Both the position numbers and the translations under genes were made by a program. Below, in pieces: positions 58,227 through 64,000 of a stretch of 64,000 bases of DNA; within the stretch, counting starts at the first letter, position 1, and every line of letters starts with the position of its first letter. Below the pieces are notes generated by a model. That model saw only the letters and a program-made list of their open reading frames with translations, did no database searches and was not told the origin of the DNA. The stretch is from a bacterium (lineage in GTDB: Bacteria; SAR324; XYD2-FULL-50-16): contig JAVVEA010000004.1 in NCBI GenBank assembly GCA_032250835.1, positions 32,001 to 96,000 of the forward strand. The letters run 5' to 3'.

Positions 58227-59194
58227 TGCGGACCGAACCGAACCAGCGGGCCTTATTGGTGCGCCAGCCGCCGGTGGCCGAACTGGTGATGCTAGAACAG
58301 GGGTTTCAAGTCGCCACCGCCAAGGATGCGGTCGAAGCCTTACGCCTAGCGATTGGGCACCGGCCCCATTTGATGGTCGCGCCGATGGAGTCGCCTATGC
58401 TTGGCGGGTTGGGGCTCTTGAGTCTGTTGGAATTGATCGGCTCGCCCATTCCGGTGGTCTTGACCACCCGCAACGCAGACACGGAGCACCTCCTGGGTCG
58501 CTTCGCCAACTTGCTGGCCCTGGTGCCCGAAGATCAGTTGGATCAGGGCTTAGAACAGGTAGTGCTCCACCAGCTACCCCAATACCAACAACCTAAAGCG
58601 GGTTACCATTACCGGCTCAAAGAGCATGAATGGTGCTCGCTGCTGGCCCCGAGCTCAAGGCCAAGGATTTTAGTGGCCGAGCCCTCTGAGTGGTTCCGGC
58701 GGTTGAAGCTAATGCAGTTAGACGAGTCGCGGCAGTTCCACCTTTTTTCGGCGACTGACGGGCGCGCCGCGTTGCTTAAGGCGTTATTGATCAAGCCCGA
58801 CTTGATCTTAGCGGACCTACAATTGCCCGAACTCTCGGGTCCCGAGTTGAGCCAAATTTTATATGTTTTTAACCGCCCCCACCCGATCCTCTTTTTGACG
58901 GCTGCCGAAGACCTAGAGGCCGAACGTAAGGCCCGCAATATTGAGGGCGTCTTAGGGGTGGTGAGCAAAAACCTGCTGCGTGATTCGGCGGCCTTTGTGG
59001 CCGAAATCCAGCGCAACCTCAAGTTGGCGGCAACGCTACATGACAGCCTAGAAGCGAGCTACCAACGCGGCGGGCTGGCCGGACTGCTCAAATCCGGGCC
59101 CGAGCGGGGGATTCTGAATTCCGCCACCGGCTTAACCCAACCCGGAGCGCCCTACCGCCGCAAGCGGGGGCCTACCTCCGGGACTTGGAGCTGA
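58223..59194 (+). CDS. Tandem receiver paralogue with degenerate first REC
   Basis: APMESP in place of D..MP; second REC LADLQLP. Confidence 0.82.
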   Translation: MMRTEPNQRALLVRQPPVAELVMLEQGFQVATAKDAVEALRLAIGHRPHLMVAPMESPMLGGLGLLSLLELIGSPIPVVLTTRNADTEHLLGRFANLLALVPEDQLDQGLEQVVLHQLPQYQQPKAGYHYRLKEHEWCSLLAPSSRPRILVAEPSEWFRRLKLMQLDESRQFHLFSATDGRAALLKALLIKPDLILADLQLPELSGPELSQILYVFNRPHPILFLTAAEDLEAERKARNIEGVLGVVSKNLLRDSAAFVAEIQRNLKLAATLHDSLEASYQRGGLAGLLKSGPERGILNSATGLTQPGAPYRRKRGPTSGTWS

Positions 59195-59205
59195 GGCTTG
59201 CTGGG

Positions 59206-60954
59206 TTAATAGCTATAACTCTCTTTAAGGTAACAAGTGACCCCGGCACTACAGGCGGTGGTGCAGGACCCGGTGTTGGCGTTAGCCACTAGGCATTGGG
59301 TGCCCCCGTTGCTGACCGGAACCGAGTGGGTCTCGAAGAGGTTGGAGTCGTAGTTATATCGGGTTTGATAGGTCGCCGTGGCCGTGCCGGCGGCGACGTT
59401 ATAATACTGGACGGTGCTAAGCTGGTGGGCGCTGCCATATTGGTAGTCGGTGCGCCCCGAAAGCACAAAGACGCCGCCGCTATAGGTATAGCTCAATTCA
59501 GAGGTCAGCTGGCCCAAGCTGTTGTAGACTTTGTCCACCTTTGAAGCGGGCGTGCCTTCATAGGCGCTGCCTCCGGCGGCGCAGGCATAGGTTTCGGTGC
59601 TCTCGCTTAGGTTGAGGCTGCTGTCCTGGGTATAGCTATAAACCAACTTGCTGCGGCCGGTGCAACTGCGGGTGGCACCGGAAATATCCCAGATTTCCTT
59701 AGAGGCAATCCGTCCTTCGCTATCTTGGGTGTAGAGGTCTTGGCGGTCTTTGGTGTTGCGGCTCGGGTCCGACCAATGGTCCACCTGATCTAAAACCCCT
59801 TGGGCGCTGTAGCTATAAGTTTCCACAAAGCCCGTCCCGTCGGCGGCTTGGTAGGTATCGCTGACCAGCTGTCCCATTGAGTCATAAAGATAAGTGCGGT
59901 CCCAGTCGCTGGTGCTGCTGCCTGCTGAATACTGACTAACCGTTTTTTGGCTCAGTCGGCGCTGGGTATAGTTGGCGTAGGTCTCGAGGGTTTCTTGTCG
60001 CAGCTGTAAGCTCTCGGCGTTGTCGTAGTCCATCAGGCTGGTGGTCACCGTTGAGGCCCCCTGGTCGATCACTACCTGCTCTACTTGCTTAGCATAAGAT
60101 CCGCTCAAAGCACAGGTAACGGTCTTGGCCGCTTGGGTGATGGTGGCGCTGTAGTGGTTTAAGTTGCCAAGGCCGTCTTCGCAGCGGGTGGTGCGGGTCC
60201 GGGTTTCTACCTGTCCGCTGGTGCTGGTGCTGCGGCTGGTGCTGGTGCGCCCTACTAAGCTAAGCGTCCCGGCGGTGCTGCCATCGTAATAATCCAGCTG
60301 GCTGCGGTACCAGCCCCCGGTGCCGAAGGGGTCGGCGGTGTAGTTGTGGATTTCTTGGTATAGCTTTTGGCCAGCCGGTAGGCTGGTCCCCGCTTTGGTG
60401 ACCAGATAGGTGAGCGTCTTTGAGCTAGGCAGTCCGTTCGCGAGCGCAACAGATTCACTGCGGCTATATTCGGAGCCATCCACGGCGTTGTAGGCGACTT
60501 CAGCCCCGCTGCCGTCGATCTGCTGGGTTACGCGGCTCGAATATAGCACCGTGGAGACACCCTGGTAGCGGGTCACTTGTTCGGCCAGCTGGCCGCTTTG
60601 AAAGCGCCAAAGCTGCTCTCCCGAAAGGCTGGCATCAACGCTGGGCGAGGCGGTGCGGTCGATTTTATAGGCCTGAGCGCCTAGAGCGCGGTAACCTAAA
60701 CTCCAGGCGTAGCCGGTGTTAAAGGCTTCGGTGCCGTTCACTTCGGTCTTGTAAATGCCTTTGACCCGGTTGGTGGAACCGCCGAAGTTACCATTACTGT
60801 CTGGGTTGGTGAAGATTTGGTCAACATAGTTGGCCGCCGAACGAACCAAGTCGCCCGACTGCAACCCCGCGCTGGCCCCATTGTCCCGCTGGCAACTGCC
60901 CGCTAGCAGGGCGAGCCCGCCTAAAATCCCGATGATCTGCTGTCCTTTGTTCAT
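59206..60954 (-). CDS. Lipoprotein with YD/RHS-like beta-hairpin repeats
   Basis: Lipobox LAGSC; repeats such as YLYDSMGQLVS, YSYSAQG, YNSLGQLTSE. Confidence 0.75.
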   Translation of the reverse strand: MNKGQQIIGILGGLALLAGSCQRDNGASAGLQSGDLVRSAANYVDQIFTNPDSNGNFGGSTNRVKGIYKTEVNGTEAFNTGYAWSLGYRALGAQAYKIDRTASPSVDASLSGEQLWRFQSGQLAEQVTRYQGVSTVLYSSRVTQQIDGSGAEVAYNAVDGSEYSRSESVALANGLPSSKTLTYLVTKAGTSLPAGQKLYQEIHNYTADPFGTGGWYRSQLDYYDGSTAGTLSLVGRTSTSRSTSTSGQVETRTRTTRCEDGLGNLNHYSATITQAAKTVTCALSGSYAKQVEQVVIDQGASTVTTSLMDYDNAESLQLRQETLETYANYTQRRLSQKTVSQYSAGSSTSDWDRTYLYDSMGQLVSDTYQAADGTGFVETYSYSAQGVLDQVDHWSDPSRNTKDRQDLYTQDSEGRIASKEIWDISGATRSCTGRSKLVYSYTQDSSLNLSESTETYACAAGGSAYEGTPASKVDKVYNSLGQLTSELSYTYSGGVFVLSGRTDYQYGSAHQLSTVQYYNVAAGTATATYQTRYNYDSNLFETHSVPVSNGGTQCLVANANTGSCTTACSAGVTCYLKESYSY

Positions 60955-60956
60955 GC

Positions 60957-61541
60957 TCAGAAATGGTAGGCTGCGCCGAAGAGCAGTTGGTTGGTGCCTA
61001 AGGAGATTTTAGTGCCCCCTAATTCTGCGCTGGCCGAAGTGATCAGGAGATCTACGCCCATATCCAAATCTTCGATCAGCCCCACTTGGTAATGCAGGCC
61101 GCAGCCGAACAACCACCCGGCTGCGTTGGCCGAGGCATCGGCGGCACCCTGGTTGGTGGTCATTTTAGCACTCACCTGGGTCAGTCCCCATTGGCTGCGC
61201 AGGTCGAAACGGTCCGAGAGGGGGTAGAGGTGCAGGTAGGCTAGGTACCACTCGGTGACCTTGAAGCGGTGCGACCAGTCTTTGTTGTAGGCGGTATATT
61301 CTAGCTTGGCGCTATGTTGCAGGTAGCCTGCGGAAAAACGCAGCCAGTCGGCCAACCCTAAATCTCCCCAAAGGGCTTGGGGCAGGCTGGTCGCCTTGAG
61401 TTCCGACTCTTCGGGAATTTGGTTTAAGCCCACCGCCGCTCCGAGCGAAAGCTCCAGGCCGCCTGAGTGGGTTTTAGCCCATTGGGCCTGTGCGCTTTGA
61501 GCAAACAGCAGGGCTAGGCACAGGACGAAAATTCCTTTCAT
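60957..61541 (-). CDS. Small outer-membrane beta-barrel protein
   Basis: RBS AAGGAG, signal peptide MKGIFVL...AQA, C-terminal GAAYHF. Confidence 0.78.
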   Translation of the reverse strand: MKGIFVLCLALLFAQSAQAQWAKTHSGGLELSLGAAVGLNQIPEESELKATSLPQALWGDLGLADWLRFSAGYLQHSAKLEYTAYNKDWSHRFKVTEWYLAYLHLYPLSDRFDLRSQWGLTQVSAKMTTNQGAADASANAAGWLFGCGLHYQVGLIEDLDMGVDLLITSASAELGGTKISLGTNQLLFGAAYHF

Positions 61542-61596
61542 GTTCCATCTCCTTGGAAGGCTAGGTTCCAAGGTAGCCTTGAGATAAGCAAATCGT

Positions 61597-63051
61597 CTAG
61601 TGCTCTGATTGGGTGAATTGGTCGCCATATTGTTGCGCTATCGCCTTGATCTGCTCTTCAATCTGGAAGAACAACGTCACCAAGAGCGGGTCGAAGTGGC
61701 TGCCTTTGCCCTCGGCGATAATGTCCACCGCTTTCTGGTGGGAAAAGGCGGGCTTGTAGACTCGTTTGGAAATCAACGCATCATAGACATCGGCGATCGC
61801 CATCAGCCGGCCCGCCAGGGGGATTTCTTCACCCTTGAGCCCTCTCGGGTAGCCGCTTCCGTCCCATTTCTCGTGGTGTGTCCAGGCGATTTCTTTGGCT
61901 ATCTTTAAGAAGCTGCTTCCGCCCAGGTGCTTTTCAGCCACTTCTAGCGCCTTGGCCCCCAACAGGGCATGTTGTTTCATTTGGGCAAATTCTTCGTCTG
62001 TATGCTTGCCCGGCTTGAGCAAGATCGCATCGGCTATGCCCACCTTGCCGATGTCGTGCAGCGGTGCGGATTTGTAGAGCAGTTCCACCACCGGGGGGCT
62101 CAAAGACCCGGCAAACTCAGGGCGCTGGGCCAGCGTCTCGGCTAAGGCCCGAACATACCTTTGGGTCCGCAAAACATGGGCCCCGGTCTCGTTGTCGCGG
62201 GTTTCGGCCAAGCTGGCGAGGGCCAAGATGGTTGCTTCTTGGGTGCGGCCTAGCTCTTGGTTAACCTGCTTGAGGCCAGTGATCATCTGGTTAGTGTAGT
62301 GGGCGATGCGGCCAAATTCGTCGTTGCTGGCCACCGGCACGTTGCGCTCTAAAGAGCCTCCGGCCACTTGGGCCAAAACGTTGGACTGACTCTCGAAGAA
62401 GAGCCCGAGGTTTTTTGCAAAGGACAGGATCAGATTAAATAGATGACCCAGCGCCACCAACACCACAAAGCCAAATTCCAGCAAGATCGCTCGTTGGGCC
62501 TCCTTTAGGGTCTCTTTATTGGCCCCCAGCATCCAGTCTAGGTCTTTGTTGACCACCAAAAAAAAGATGCTGCCCAAGAGCAATCCTAAGACCAAGGCCA
62601 AGGCAGAGAGCTTGCGGGGGATCGGCCAAAAACGGTCGGGCCCGCCCGCTTCGCCCGGTTGTTTGGAGAGTAGCTCAAAGGCTCGCCTGCCTTGAGATAA
62701 AGACAGATCCATGGCCGCAAAGAGGCCCAAGAAGGCCATGCCGCTGATGATTTTGGCCCCGCTGCCCCAGGGAAAGTGGTGCACTACCCGATTAAAAGCA
62801 GCCAGCAGGACCGCGGCAGTCAGGTACAGGCCCAAGTGCATCCAAAAGGAGCGGCGGCCCCAATGGCGCGGTGGGGCCGATTGCACCCAGCGCCGTTTTA
62901 GGGGATGTTGGGCTAACTACAAAACCCCAAAGGCCACCGCTAAGGGGAGCCCTAATTGTAAGGCCGTCAGGCTTTCTAAAAAGGGACAGACCTGAATCCC
63001 GTAAAGGGACATCAAGAGCCATCCGCTCAGGTAGTGGATCGAAGCGCGCAT
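61597..63051 (-). pseudogene. Membrane HAMP + HD-GYP phosphodiesterase interrupted by in-frame TAG at codon 45 (62917-62919); downstream ORF 61597-62886 intact
   Basis: ATG 63051 opens MRASIHYLSGWLLMSLYGIQVCPFLESL...FGVL*LAQHPLKRRWVQ in frame; HDIGK, HHEKWDGSGYP. Confidence 0.75.
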
Positions 63052-63112
63052 AGGTACCGACAGAGTTTAATTATCAAGCTAATCCCTTTTGACGTCCCCT
63101 TCAAGTTAGGCT

Positions 63113-63949
63113 TTAGTTTGGATGGTCGCAATGGATTATGGAGGACAAGCTGAGCGCCCTTTGGGCCGACTCAAAGGCCTCACCGCCGCGAGAACTGCCC
63201 AGTCCGGTTCGTAGGCCTGCTAAGGCTTGGTCGGGCAGGTGGTTGCAAAGATACTCTTGCAGACGCAAAGCCGCAACTTTAGAGCCCCCTCGGCGGGTCG
63301 CGGGCATCAAAAGGGCAAAGAGATCGTCATCAATGCGCGCCACTAGATCGGTCTTGCGGCTTTGGCGTAGTAACATTTGGGCGATCAATACCCGGGCTTG
63401 GTCGATTTCTGTCTCAGTTTTCAGTTGGGGCTTATAGACCGCCTCAATCAGCAGGATGCTATAATCGGAGCGGTAGCGGCTTTGGCGGATGCGCTCCTCG
63501 CCTATGCGCTGCATAAAATAATGCCGGTTAAACAGCCCGGTTAGGGGTTCTCGGGTCGCTTGGCGGGTTTGGTTGGCAATCTGTAATCCTGCGGCGATCT
63601 GTTCAACCAGTTCTTCGGGGACAAAGGGTTTGACTAGGTAATCGTTGGCCCCTTCGCGCAGCCCCGTGGCCCGGTCCACCACCCGGTCCCTGGCGCTTAA
63701 GAAAATAATATAACATTGAGACAGTTCGCTCTGGGCACGCAACCGACGGCAGACCTCAAATCCGTCCATGCCGGGCATCATGACGTCTAACAAGATCAAG
63801 TCGGGCAAGTGCTCGGTGGCTAGTTTCAGGGCTTCGGCCCCGTCGCCTGCTTCGATCACGTCGACCTCTAGCTTATGTAGCTGGCGTTTGATGGAGCGGC
63901 GAAGGGGGGCTTCGTCGTCGGCGATTAAGATCAGGTTCCGTTTGCTCAT
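63113..63949 (-). CDS. Response regulator with degenerate GGDEF domain
   Basis: IADDE, LLDVMMP, YLVKPF; LTGLFNR, RKTD, ARIDDDLF instead of RxGGEEF. Confidence 0.88.
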   Translation of the reverse strand: MSKRNLILIADDEAPLRRSIKRQLHKLEVDVIEAGDGAEALKLATEHLPDLILLDVMMPGMDGFEVCRRLRAQSELSQCYIIFLSARDRVVDRATGLREGANDYLVKPFVPEELVEQIAAGLQIANQTRQATREPLTGLFNRHYFMQRIGEERIRQSRYRSDYSILLIEAVYKPQLKTETEIDQARVLIAQMLLRQSRKTDLVARIDDDLFALLMPATRRGGSKVAALRLQEYLCNHLPDQALAGLRTGLGSSRGGEAFESAQRALSLSSIIHCDHPN

Positions 63950-64000
63950 GGGTTTTCTTCCCTCGTGGATCGGTCGGCCTGAGAAATCGGTAGCTGTAAG

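Noticed and set aside
61542-61628. N-terminal extensions in the ORF track (also trpS, PocR kinase, DUF2164, ParE)
   Set aside because: Downstream starts have better RBS or signal peptides and avoid large overlaps.
1-64000. Apparent abundance of CTAG
   Set aside because: A rough count over about 2.5 kb was near random expectation; it seems not depleted rather than enriched, and needs a tetranucleotide odds-ratio calculation.

Overview
A 64 kb stretch of a moderately GC-rich, motile Gram-negative bacterial chromosome; gene content suggests a delta-like lineage such as SAR324/Lambdaproteobacteria (inference, not verified). The backbone is housekeeping and signalling genes: dnaB-dciA-rsmA, dksA, lolA, guaA, trpS, a phosphohexomutase, fliPQ, pabABC, pldA, argF, a cytochrome c/NrfC/NrfD-type module, an MCP, a CheA-like kinase, two HD-GYP proteins and several receiver proteins. 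Accessory regions: (1) an array of three unrelated type II toxin-antitoxin pairs (28.9-31.2 kb), each followed by a copy of a ~35-bp site with inverted arms and closed by an inverted fourth copy. This cassette-like layout has no integrase or canonical attC and is the best candidate for an undescribed system. (2) A Menshen-like three-gene defence operon (43.0-46.2 kb). (3) An imuA-imuB-dnaE2 cassette with a LexA-like box, split by 1.35 kb containing (TTCTAGG)9 and two nested families of covarying hairpin repeats. (4) AT-richer genes downstream of guaA and an orphan tRNA 3' fragment at 10.27 kb. Two small membrane ORFs absent from the ORF track and an in-frame TAG inside an HD-GYP gene were found by reading the sequence. 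No rRNA, complete tRNA, CRISPR array, transposase or integrase was recognised. All family assignments come from motif recognition by eye; no searches were run.
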